In this document: one piece after another, positions 11,005 to 21,518 of the stretch
Position numbering within the stretch: position 1 is the first letter of the stretch
How the letters are laid out: each line of letters opens with the position of its first letter
Source: Rebecca billardiae RCC1528
Lineage: Eukaryota > Protista > Haptophyta
Assembly (NCBI GenBank): GCA_965240325.2
Contig: OZ251230.1
Span: forward strand, 2,542,001-2,606,000
Length of the DNA: 64,000 bases
Reading direction: 5' to 3'
Made by a program: the position numbers and the translations under genes
Notes under the pieces: generated by a model
What the model was told of the DNA's origin: nothing
The model's input: only the letters and a program-made list of their open reading frames with translations
Database searches by the model: none

Positions 11005-12010
11005 ATGCGGCGGTCCGCAACGTTCGCATTCGCGGCGATCGCAGTGATCGCCGCCCTCGCGGTCCGCGCGTCGGCGGCGAAGGGGCCGAAGATCACGAAC
11101 AAGGTGTACTTCGACATCGAGATCGACGGCGCACCCGCCGGCCGGATCGTCATGGGCCTGTACGGCGCGAGCGTGCCCAAGACGGTCGAAAACTTCCGCG
11201 CTCTCTGCACCGGAGAGAAGGGGATGGGCAAGAAGGGGAAGGAGCTGACGTACAAGGGCAGCGCGTTCCACCGCATCATCCCGCAGTTCATGCTCCAGGG
11301 CGGCGACTTCACGCGCGGCGACGGCACTGGGGGCGAGTCGATCTACGGCGACAAGTGCGTCGCGCGCACGCGCGCCCGTTGCGCGGCGCGCGCACGCCGC
11401 CAGCGTCGCCGGGTCGCGCACGGCTGGGCGAGGCGGACGCTGAGCAGGCGCGTCCTCTTCCACCCCCGCGCGCGCCATCCGCCGCAGGTTCCCCGACGAG
11501 AACTTCAAGCTGAAGCACACGGGGCCTGGCACGCTCTCGATGGCGAACGCCGGTCCTGACACGAACGGCTCGCAGTTCTTCATCTGCACGGTGCGTGCGC
11601 GGGCGCGGGCGGGCGGGCGGGCGGGTGAGGAGCTGGGAGCCCTTTCGTGCCCGGACTGGGTGGGTCCGGACACGGACGAGCCCGCTCGCTCGGGGCGTGG
11701 GCCGACGCCTCGCCGGGGCGCGCCGTCGTGCGCGCGCCGTGTTGCCAATCCGTCCGAGCCCTCCCGCCTCTGCGCCGCCCGCTTCCCGCCCGCGTGTGCC
11801 CGCCCGTGCCGTGCGCCGTGCGCCGCGCGCCCGCAGGTGAAGACCTCGTGGCTCGATGGCCGGCACGTGGTCTTCGGCAAGGTGGTGGAGGGGATGGACG
11901 TGGTCGAGGCGATCGAGAAGGTCGGCTCGAGCAGCGGCAAGCCCTCCAAGAAGGTCGTGATCGCCGACTCGGGCGAGCTGCCCGCGCCCGCGGATGATGG
12001 CTCGGAGTAA
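11005..12010 (+). CDS. PPIB: Secretory-pathway cyclophilin (cyclophilin B-type PPIase), 3 exons
   Basis: Signal peptide; [65 protein letters not shown]. Introns at 11355-11487 and 11591-11836. Confidence 0.96.
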
Positions 12011-12313
12011 GTCGGCCGAGACACCGACTGACGGCGGCGACGCTCTGAGATCTCGCCCAGGGTCTGCTGGGTCATCTGCGGCTTGGCGGCGCCGCTGTGT
12101 GGGCGCGTCTCAGGTGGAGCTCGGCGGTGCACGCGGCGTGCGGGCACGCGAATATAATTGAATACGTGCCGCACAAACAGCTGCTCGTCGGAATCGATGA
12201 TCTGATGAGACGACGACTCGACGAGCCACTACGGTCGCATCATCAGGCTCGTCGCAGCCTATCGGACGAGTCACAGTCTCGCGCATCACTCAGTCTCTTA
12301 GGCTCGTCACGGT

Positions 12314-14333
12314 CACACGGAACCCACTTCCGCCCAGTGGGGATGCGGGGGAATTTTTTTCATGCCGCGTTCGCGCCACTTCGCGGCACTTCGCGTCGCC
12401 ACAGTGGAGAAAGATCGGGCCGAACCGCCGAAGCCGTTCGAGCATGGTCGTTCGCGCGCACGCCCATTCGAATCGATGGCGCGCTCCGAGCGGCGGGCGT
12501 GCGCATGACTGCCGCGAGGGGGGCTGCGAGGCGTCGGCCGGCTTGCCAAGGCGGTTCCCCGGGGCGGCGTCACCCTCGCCCGCCCCTCCTCGCCCACCCT
12601 CGCCCCACGGGCGGCCACACGTGACCTGTTAAGATGACTTCACGGGAGCCGCGCGGCACGCGCGCGGAGAGGCGAGGAAGTGGTGTTTCGCGGAAAAACG
12701 CAACGTCGCATTGTGCTCAACCCATGTGGGCACCCGCTCCACAAGTTTGCGCGCTTTCAAACCGCACACAGCGGCCTGAGCAGCTCCCAGACTGAGTTTC
12801 GCTCTTGAAGCCTGGTTTTGGGCCAGATCTTGGTGTGGATGTAGAGCGGCGAGGAGGAGCCGGGCGCGCGCCCGAGCTGCGTGCTGGCACTCGACATGAC
12901 CCATAGACATCGTCCGTAGCGAACGACCCGGCTCGCCTCGACCTCTCCGACCCGCCGGGCAGCCACGACCGAGCACGGCACGACAATGGCCAAACCGGGA
13001 GGCTTCTCAGACCGCGTGGGATGGGCATAGGCGCGAGAGAGGGTGCCCAGCGCGCTCTTGAGATGCACAGGAGCACGCACTGATGCGTATGGAACCATCC
13101 CATCACGATCGCCCCGACCTGGCGCGCCCCATCTGGCCCGTCAGGCTGCCCGCGCCGCCGCCGCCGCGCCATGCCGCCGCCACGGGCGCCGCCGCACCGC
13201 GGGCACGTGGGTAAGTCTGTATTCAACAAATACAGAATTTCTGGTGCGGCCCTCTTTTGGGCGGCAAGGTCGGTCTGGTCGACACCTGCAGCGCGGCATG
13301 GGCCACGGCGCGGCGAGGTGGTGGCTGGCGCACCGCGGCGCGGGCGGGATGGCTCGAGGACACCACCGCCCCGCCTCCCACGCCGCGCCGTGCGCGTGCG
13401 CCGTGCTCTCGTCGCGTACCGAATTTCCTGCGGCGAGCGACGCCACACAGCGCGACCATGACATCGCGCGACGACGTGCGTTCAGCTCGGCGATTTGTCG
13501 TATTTGTTGAATACATGCGGGTACGAATCCGACGCACGACGCCCTCGACGCACACGTCGAGAGCCACGCGCGCGGCGTGGACTGGCACGCGACGCGGAGA
13601 TGGCGGGCGCGGTGCCGCGGGCGCGCGACTGGTCTAGAACAGCACAATGAAGCGTGGGACGGCGCCGCGCGCGTGGGCTCGCTGCCGTCTCCTCGCAGTC
13701 GAATATTTCTGTGCACCCTCCTACCAGGTCAGTCGACCGACTTGCACGCGGCATGCGAGCACTGCGTGCGGGGAGGAGTGTGACATGGCAGGCTGTGGCG
13801 AGGTGGATGGCCGTGCAGGAGTATGCTAGGAAGGGCCGCTCCCGCGCTCGCGCGGTGCCTTGCGCACGCCTCGTCGAGGACGAGCGTGTTTGAATGGCTC
13901 CGGGGAGGCCTGAGACTTCGCTTGTTCACAGCAGTGCGCGACAGGTGCACACAACGAAGGTGACGACCAGGCACTCCGGCGAGGGCGGCTGTGCTGGCAG
14001 CAGACTGCATTCGGAGTAAGATGCGCCATCTTACGCGCCGCTTCGCCTCGCTGCATCGCCGCACTGAGCAGCAGGGCTCCACGCTCACGAATGGCTCACC
14101 ACGAGCTACGTGACCGGCCAGCCGCGTGCAACCCGGCGAGGCAGAGAGGGGCGGAGGGATGGGGAGGCTGGGTGGGATGTTGCAGTCCCATGCCTGGGGC
14201 ACTCGCCAGGCGCCTGCGCGACCACCGTAGCGTCGTCTGTGCGCTCGTGCGGCCCGCGCGAGAATTTCCCCGAAAATCGGCTCGTGTCGGACGGGTTACG
14301 GTAACGATAATCCCGTTTTTGTCGTTCACTGTG
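12314..14333. mobile_element. Possible degenerate non-autonomous DNA transposon
   Basis: About 2 kb without a credible gene. Right end read inward is CACAGTGAACGAC, similar to the CACAGCAACGAC TIR at 43879. Left candidate CACACGGAAC is only a weak match, and there is no TSD. Confidence 0.3.
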
Positions 14334-14603
14334 TTATAAATGCTTAGCAGGTGGCTAGCAGTATATATATATATTAATATAATGCGTATCATACGGCGGT
14401 AAACCGTAGTAGTAAACGTAAATAACGACTCCGGGTCACAGCCTGACGTCACAGCGGTCACTCGGCGCGCATTTAAATATATATATGATGATATATGAGC
14501 TATATACTATATAGTCAGGCCGCCCATCACAATTCACAGGCGGGGCGGCGCCACCCGCCTCGTGTCAGCCGCCCGCATCACAGGGGCGGCGCCACCCCTC
14601 GTA

Positions 14604-16251
14604 TCAATAGATCAGCTCGCTCACCAGGTGCGCGTACTCGCGCTGGCGCTCGAGCTGCGCCTCTCGGCCGAGGATCTGACCGCCGAGCGTCGCGACCGCC
14701 GCGTCGCTCGGGGCCTCGTGCTCCTCCTCGTCCTCGTCCAGCTCCTCGACGACCTCGTCGCGCTGGATGGCGGCGGTGTGCGCCTGCGGCGCGCCGGAGA
14801 GGCCCGCGGCCAGCTCGGCCTGGATGCGCACGTACGCCGCGCGCAGCCGCGCGGCCTTCGGCGCGGCGTCGCACCGACCTGCGCCGCCGCGTCGGCGTCG
14901 GCGCGGCGCGTGTGTGTACCAGGTGAGCGACCGCGCGTCAGCGGCGCGCGCGCGCGGGCGCGCGCGCGCTCGGCGCGGCGCGAGCGCACGCACCGACGGA
15001 TCGCCCCGCGACCTGCACCTCGTACGCCACGCTCCCGTCCGCCGCCGCCTGCCCGTACACGCCGAGGAACCCGGACTTGGACTCGTCCGACGGCTCGAGC
15101 GCCGAGTCCGGGATATCGGCCAAAACTGCTTCGCCGTGCGAGGTGAGGAGTGCCACCAGGATGCTCAGCGTGCGGTCGTGGTCGGCGGCGCCGCCGGCGC
15201 TGCGCGCGGCGCCTTTGGCGGGCTTCTTTGCCGCGGTTGGCGCGAGCACGACGTCGAGCGCGCACTGCACGTTCGCCAGCTCGCGCGGCACGCCGCTCGC
15301 GCCGCCGCGCGCGTTGGCGCCGCCGTTGCGCGCGCCGCCGCCGCCGGCCGCAGCGGCGTTCGCCTCTTTCGCGGCGGCCGCCGCCTTGGCCGCGGCGTCC
15401 TTGGCGGCGGCGGCGGCCTTGCTCTCCCGCCGCTTGCGCTCCTTGCGCTCCTGGTGCTCCCTGCGCGCGCGCTCGATGAAGAAGAGCGCCTGCCCCGGCA
15501 GCGTCCACACCGACGAGCCGTTGTCCGTCGTGGCCACCTGCCACAGCCTGCCGTCCACGCCCGCGCGCTCCGTGCCCTCGGCAAACGAGGACGCGCGCGC
15601 CTCGGGCGGGCCGTACCCGTCGCTGTCGATGCCCTTGCGCGTGACTGGGCCGGAGCCCCCGCCACCACCGCCGCCGCCGCCGCCGTCCGCGACCGACGTG
15701 AGCCGCTCCAGCTTGGGCACGCCCGGTGGGAGAACGGAGTGCGTCACGCGGCGCGGCGACCCGCGCGGCGGTCCGATCGCGTCGACCTTGCGCGCCTTCG
15801 AGTTGTACGCGACGGTCCACTCGCCCGCGCGCCACGTCCACGCGGGGCGCAGCTGCGACACGTCCACCCGGTGCTTGTCGTTGTACCGCACCGGCCGCAC
15901 CTGGTACTCCGTCACGCCGGGCTCACCGGGAGGCGTCGGATAGACTGCGAGCAACGTCACCTCCCACCAGCCTCGGTCGAAGAAGAACTCGAGACGGTCG
16001 CCGCGCTCGAGGCGCTCGGGGAAGCCGCTCGGCGCGTTGCTCGGCGGCGCCGGGCGCAGCTCGCGCCGCTTGTGCCACTCCTGCACGGGCTCCTCGCCCG
16101 CCATCTCGTCGTGCAGCTGCGTGAACACCAGAAGCGCGTCGGCCGCGCCGACCTCGAGCACCTCCGCCTCGTACCAGCAGCCCTTGACGCCGTTGAGCTT
16201 GGGCGTGGCCTCGACGATCACGCCCTCCTCGAGCTCGAGCCCGTCCGCCAT
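14604..16251 (-). CDS. Tandem Agenet/Tudor chromatin-reader protein with a C-terminal AP2-like motif, 2 exons
   Basis: VEA....GVKGCWYEAEVLE...QEW..RRELRPAPP...GDRLEFFFDRGWWEV...SQLRPAWTWRAGEW (Agenet pair); SKSGFLGVY...YEVQV...VGRC..AP.AA..RA (AP2-like). Intron at 14879-14993. Confidence 0.8.
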
Positions 16252-16441
16252 CCCCGCGCGCGGCGCTCGCCGCTCGCACGCTGCGTGCGCGTGGCCCCCG
16301 CGGCCGAGTACGGTGCGGCTTCTCCACTCCACTGCCGGCAAGCCTGATGCATCCCCCACGATGGCGCCCGTCGGCGAGTGATCAAGGTCTTTGACTAAAC
16401 TGGACCGCGCGCGCGCTGTCCCGCTCCGGCTGGCCTCGCTC

Positions 16442-17921
16442 ATGGCGAACGCTTCCGCGGCGGTCAGTCTCCTCTGGCGCAAGTCGGGGCGCGGCGACGC
16501 GCGTGCAACGTTCCTTCTGGCACGGCGGGCTGAGGATGGCGACGGCATCGCGCAGGACGAGCGCGAAGCCTTTCCGCTTGTACACCCTCGCTGCGGAGCG
16601 CGGCTTTGCCGAGGCGCAGGATAGGATGGGGGGCATCTGCATGGAGGGCGAGCTTGGTCAGCCCGCGGACCTCGAGGCAGCCGCGCGCTGGTGCCGGCTG
16701 GGGGCCGATCAGGGCTACGCTCAAGCGCAGTTCAATCTGGGCGCGTGCTACCAGCAAGGCGCGGGTGTGCCGCAGAATGTTGGCGAGGCAGCGCGCTGGT
16801 ACCGGCTGGCGGCAGAGCAGGGCTACGCTGCGGCGCAGTGCCATCTGGGCCTAAGCTACCGGCTGGGCGAGGGTTTGCCGCAGGATTTGGGCGAGGCAGC
16901 GCGCTGGTTCCGGCTGGCGGCAGAGCAGGGCCATGCTCACGCGCAGTACAATCTGGGCGCGTGCTACGCGCAAGGCAATGGTGTGCAGCAGGATTGGGGC
17001 GAGACCACGCGCTGGTACCTGCTGGCAGCCGAGCAGGGCTACGCTCCGGCACAGCTAAATCTGGGCGCTCTTTACGAGCTAGGCGAAGCTGTGCGGCAGG
17101 ATATTGCTGAGGCAGTGCGCTGGTTCCGGCTGGCAGCCGAGCAGGGCTACGCTGAGGCGCAGTGCAAACTGGGCAGGTGCTACGAGCAAGGCGAGGGCGT
17201 GCGGCAGGACTTTGGCGAGGCGGTGCGCTGGTACCGGCTGGCAGCCGAGCAGGGCAAGGCGCAAGCGCATTGCAATCTGGGCTGGTGCTACGAGCAAGGC
17301 AAGGGTGTGCAGCAAGATCGGGGCGAGGCGGTGCGCCGGTACCGGCTAGCAGCCGAGAATGGCTACGCTGCGGCGCAGCACAATCTGGGCTGGTGCTACT
17401 ACGAGCTAGGCGAAGCTGTGCGGCAGGATTTTGGCGAGGCAGCGCGCTGGTTCCGGCTGGCAGCCGAGCAGGGCTACGCTCCAGCGCAGGGCGCGCTGGG
17501 TGCGTGCTACGCGCGTGGGCAGGGCGTGCCGAGCGATCTCAGCGAGACGAGGCGCTGGCTACGCCTGGCTGTTGACGGCGGGAGCGCACATGCGCACGTC
17601 TCACTGGGGTCGATGACGCTGGTGGGTGCGGGAGTGGAGCGTGACGTGGAGGAGGGCGCGCGGCTGCTGCGCCGTGGCCAAGAGCTCGATCCAGACCTCA
17701 GAGATGTGGCATGCAGTGTGCTGGTCAAGGCAGCTGGAGAGCGTGAGGTGGTCTCCCAGTGCTGCATCACCTGCGGACGCACTGGCCGTGGTCTGAAGAA
17801 GTGCGAGCGGTGCCACGTGGCGGTCTTCTGCTCGCGTGAGCACCTGCGCAGCTCGTGGAAGGTGCACAAGCCCCACTGCAACGCGTGGTGCGGCGCGGCA
17901 CAGCCAGCAGGAGAGCTGTGA
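16442..17921 (+). CDS. Sel1-like repeat protein (~10-11 repeats) with C-terminal MYND zinc finger; one frameshift near 16571-16573
   Basis: 108-nt periodic AQxNLGxCYxxGxGVxQDxGEAxRWYRLAAEQG; C-terminal CITCG...LKKCERCHVAVFCSREH...W..HKPHC. The first repeat (GDARATFLLARRAEDGDGIAQDEREAF) is in another frame. Confidence 0.85.
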
Positions 17922-18490
17922 AGCCTCTCCGGCGGCTGATGGTCCCCCGCCTGGACCGCCGCGGCGCGAGCGCCTGCTCCGAGCAGCAACTTATTTGGAC
18001 TTTGGTGAATGGACTTGTCAGAGAGTGGACGGATGAGACTAAATTAGCGCCTCCGACTCACCACCCGTCCACCGGCCGTGCCACCGGCGCGCCATTAATG
18101 CGCGCGCGCTCGAATAAAGCAGTACGGAGCAGCAGTCGATACTCGATCTGCCTACTGCCGTAGTAAGTTAAGTTACCGACTACTGCTCGTCATCAATCAG
18201 TGAGACATCACTGTGATGACGTGACAGTACTGCCTACTGGGTCGGCGCGGCCAGCCTGTCAGTCCGCGACGGCCGACGCCGACCGTCCGCGGCCGCTGCA
18301 CGACTACTACTATATACCGCCGTATTATTATCATTATTTATATATATATAGTATGTATGTATGTAGTATACTATTATTATCTGGCAGCGCAGCCTCGATC
18401 TGCCTCAGTCATATCGCGAATTATTCCGGGTTAGCAGCATCATCAGCGGCCCCGATTCAGCGCGGCGCGGGCCGGGGCAGCATCACCCCG

Positions 18491-19198
18491 TCACTGCCCC
18501 CGCGTGCCACCTCGCCTCACGAGCAACAGCTTGGCAGCCGCGTCCGTCCCCACGCCGTCGCCCTCGTCGTCGTCCTGCTCGGCAGGGCCGGGCCCGGGGG
18601 TGCTGATCACGGCCGCCCACATGCTGTCCGGATCCACAGCGGGCGGTGCCCGGAAGTCGACGAAGCCCACGTCAGCGTACAGCGCCCTGGCGGCGTCGTT
18701 GCCGCGCTCGACTCGCGTGAACACGTCTTCCTTACTCCACTGCGACCGCGCCCACTTGCACGCGAACTCGACCATCCTGCGGCCGATGCCTTCCCTTCGC
18801 GCGCACGCGCTCACAAACACATTCCCAATGTACGCGACGTCCTCGCCGTCGGCGTAGCCAGCGGGCGGCGGCACCATGCCCAGCTCCGAGCAGCCGATCA
18901 CGTCATCGGTCGTACTGTCCGCTGCGACGACGAAGAGGTGCGTGGAGCGCGGCGCGAGCCGAGGACGAAGCGCACGCGCCCAGTGCTCAGCATTATCAGC
19001 TGAGCTGTCCTCGACAGCGTCCGCTGTGGCGCGCCCGTCGTCGGCGGTGATCAGCCGCACGATCGGCTCGAGGTCTGCAGCGCGAGCCGGACGCAGGCGC
19101 ACCTGGTGCACCATGGCGTGGGCACAGCCCGCGATTCCCAGGGCGACCCAAAGTAGGAGGAGAGCCCGCATCCTCTCGGGGACGCGAGAAGCCGCCAT
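18491..19198 (-). CDS. GNAT-family acetyltransferase with signal peptide
   Basis: VRLRPARAADL; AYIGNVFVSACARREGIGRRM (motif A); VERGNDAARALYADVGF (motif B). Alternative start at 19171. Confidence 0.88.
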   Translation of the reverse strand: MAASRVPERMRALLLLWVALGIAGCAHAMVHQVRLRPARAADLEPIVRLITADDGRATADAVEDSSADNAEHWARALRPRLAPRSTHLFVVAADSTTDDVIGCSELGMVPPPAGYADGEDVAYIGNVFVSACARREGIGRRMVEFACKWARSQWSKEDVFTRVERGNDAARALYADVGFVDFRAPPAVDPDSMWAAVISTPGPGPAEQDDDEGDGVGTDAAAKLLLVRRGGTRGQ

Positions 19199-19270
19199 CG
19201 TGCCGTCAGGTCTTCTTTCGTTCTCCGGACCGGCTGGCGCCCCGGCCATCTCGATCGACCAACCGGCGAC

Positions 19271-20170
19271 ATGTCGACGCCGCGCAGCCCGATCGTGGTT
19301 GAAGCAGACGACGATGGCGCCGTCATCGACCTGTCCGCGGAGGACAATCATGGCGGCCGCCAGCAGAAGCGAGCACGTACGAGCGACGCGATCGACCTCT
19401 CGTCGCACGATGAGCCCGAGCGGGGGCACGAGTTTTCCCAACGGGTTGGGTCGAGCGCCCAGCGCGGCGGCGGGGGCGGCCGCGGCGGCGAGGTTGAGTT
19501 TGTCACCATGGCAGGCGGCGTGCTCGACACCGCCCTGCGGGTCGAGGCGATCGTGCAGCAGACGAACTGCGTCGGCACCGACTGCAAAGGCTTGGCGAGC
19601 GCCGTGCAGGAGCGGCTACGCTACGGCTGCCCGTACCTCGCGCGGAAGCAGGACCGGTCCAGGCCGGGCTTTGCCGAGACGCCGGCAGTCCCCGGCACCA
19701 TCGAGGCGCGTCGGCCGCCGCGGGTGCAGGACGGGCCGGTCGTGATCAACTTCAACGCGCAGTGGGAGAAGGGGGCCCCCAAGCCCTCCCCGCGCGTGCA
19801 GCTGCCCTCGGGCCGCGGGCCGGAGACGGCGGAGATGCGCGAGGCTTGGTTTGCGCGGTGCCTGGACGAGCTGTCCAGGCTGCCGGCGATGCCGAGCTCG
19901 ATCGCCTTCCCGCATCTGATCGGCTGCGGGCTCGCGCGCGGCTCGTGGGCGAGGTACGAGTCCATGATCCGCGCGTGGGCCCGCCGCCACCCCACGACGC
20001 GCGTGCTGATCGTTGTGTGGCCGAGCGCGGGCGCGGGTGGCCGCGGCGGGGGGCGCGGCCGCGGCCGTGACTGGGGACGAGGCGGGGGCAGGGGTCGCGG
20101 GGGCCGCTGGGGTCGCACTTCGGAGGGGCATGGAAGCGGTATCATGGCATTCATGTCGGCGCCGCGCTAG
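19271..20170 (+). CDS. Macrodomain (ADP-ribose-binding/hydrolase, TARG1/DarG-like class) protein
   Basis: GGVLD...AIVQQTNCVG...GLASAV...PGTI...VINFNAQW...REAWFARCLDEL...SIAFPHLIGCGLARGSW..Y..MI. Confidence 0.85.
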   Translation: MSTPRSPIVVEADDDGAVIDLSAEDNHGGRQQKRARTSDAIDLSSHDEPERGHEFSQRVGSSAQRGGGGGRGGEVEFVTMAGGVLDTALRVEAIVQQTNCVGTDCKGLASAVQERLRYGCPYLARKQDRSRPGFAETPAVPGTIEARRPPRVQDGPVVINFNAQWEKGAPKPSPRVQLPSGRGPETAEMREAWFARCLDELSRLPAMPSSIAFPHLIGCGLARGSWARYESMIRAWARRHPTTRVLIVVWPSAGAGGRGGGRGRGRDWGRGGGRGRGGRWGRTSEGHGSGIMAFMSAPR

Positions 20171-20345
20171 GGGCGGTGCACGGCACCGTCGGCCGGCTGC
20201 CAGCTGATTCAGCTCAGCGAGCCAACGAACGGTGCATGTGCTGCCATGTGGCGTCAGTCAGCGGCCGCAGTGTGGCGCGACGCGGCTGATTATAATATGA
20301 TGATGGCTGCGCGCAGGGGCGCGAGGACCGGAACACGCGACACTC

Positions 20346-20349
<4 letters not shown>

Positions 20350-20424
<75 letters not shown>
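20350..20424. repeat. (TA)n microsatellite
   Basis: Long pure TA run. Confidence 0.98.
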
Positions 20425-20431
<7 letters not shown>

Positions 20432-21518
20432 CTGATGATGCTGCGCTGATGACGATGCCGTGCTCGGCATGATATCGGATTATACTTGAGCCGAGTCGCG
20501 GCCAGAGTGAGTAGAGTGACGAGTGAGTCTGCTGTGAGAGCTCCGTAGCCTCAGCCTGGCGGAGGGCGCTGGGCGAGGCGTCTCTCTCTGGCTCTCTCTC
20601 TCTCTCTCTCCGATCAGTCTCTCGTCATCAAGTGCCCGATGCCGGCAGCGTCGTCACACTAATGCTGTATACATGCGTCAGTCGTTGCGTGCGACGCATG
20701 CACTGACCTGCCGGCCCGCCGCGCGGCGCGCGGCCCGCAGCGCGTCAGGCCCGGGCGCGGGCCGGCGCTGCGCACGGCAGTGCCATACCTTGACGACGAT
20801 ATCCGCGACCGACGGCTCGATCTTTCGGGCGCGCTGTATCAGCAATTATTATAATATAATTATTCCCAAGGGTTACGCACTGAACGGTAACAGCAGCACG
20901 TCGCGTCGCGACGTTTGTCGGCCGTCATCCACGCGCCGCCGACCAGCCGACGAGGATTTAACTGGAGATACTCGGCCGGCCCGCGCCGTCGCCTCCGGCG
21001 GCCTCGGCGCAGGACTGTCGTCGGCATCACTTAATTACCGCGGCCCGCCGATACTATATCGATCGGAATATTATTTATACTTAATATAAATATTACGATT
21101 CGTCGTCGGTATACTTGTCTATCAGTATATAGAGTCACGGCTGAGTAGGAGCTAGTGCGCGCGTCGTTATGATGACGACGATGATATACTTGCTGCCGCG
21201 ACGACTACGCGCCTCGCGGCCTCGCGCGATGCGGCGCCATGACGATTGACGAGTCCATCAGGTAGCTAGTTCCGCGCGCCGCTCCGCGGTCTGACTCGTC
21301 TGGTAACGTCATATATCCGATTCGTCAGCACTAGCAAATAATAATAACTATCGGGCGCTCATCATCGTAGTCAGCAATTCAAATGTGTGCGTCGTGCGCG
21401 TCTGCAAATCAACATCAGCGCGCACTCGTCTCAGACATCAGCAGCAGCGCATTATAACCTTATTCGTACGCACGCCTGACACATGCGACTCGGCCGCTGT
21501 CTGTCCGATCGAGTCACT

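Noticed and set aside
12400-14333. CACAGTG heptamers as Transib/RSS-like TIRs
   Set aside because: Similarity stops after the heptamer and there is no 5-bp TSD.
16620-17560. Regular 108-bp repeats resembling a CRISPR array
   Set aside because: These are coding Sel1 repeats with no repeat/unique-spacer structure.
18491-20170. GNAT + macrodomain as a toxin-antitoxin pair
   Set aside because: They are divergent eukaryotic genes with different predicted compartments (signal peptide vs NLS), and head-to-head pairing is common in this window.
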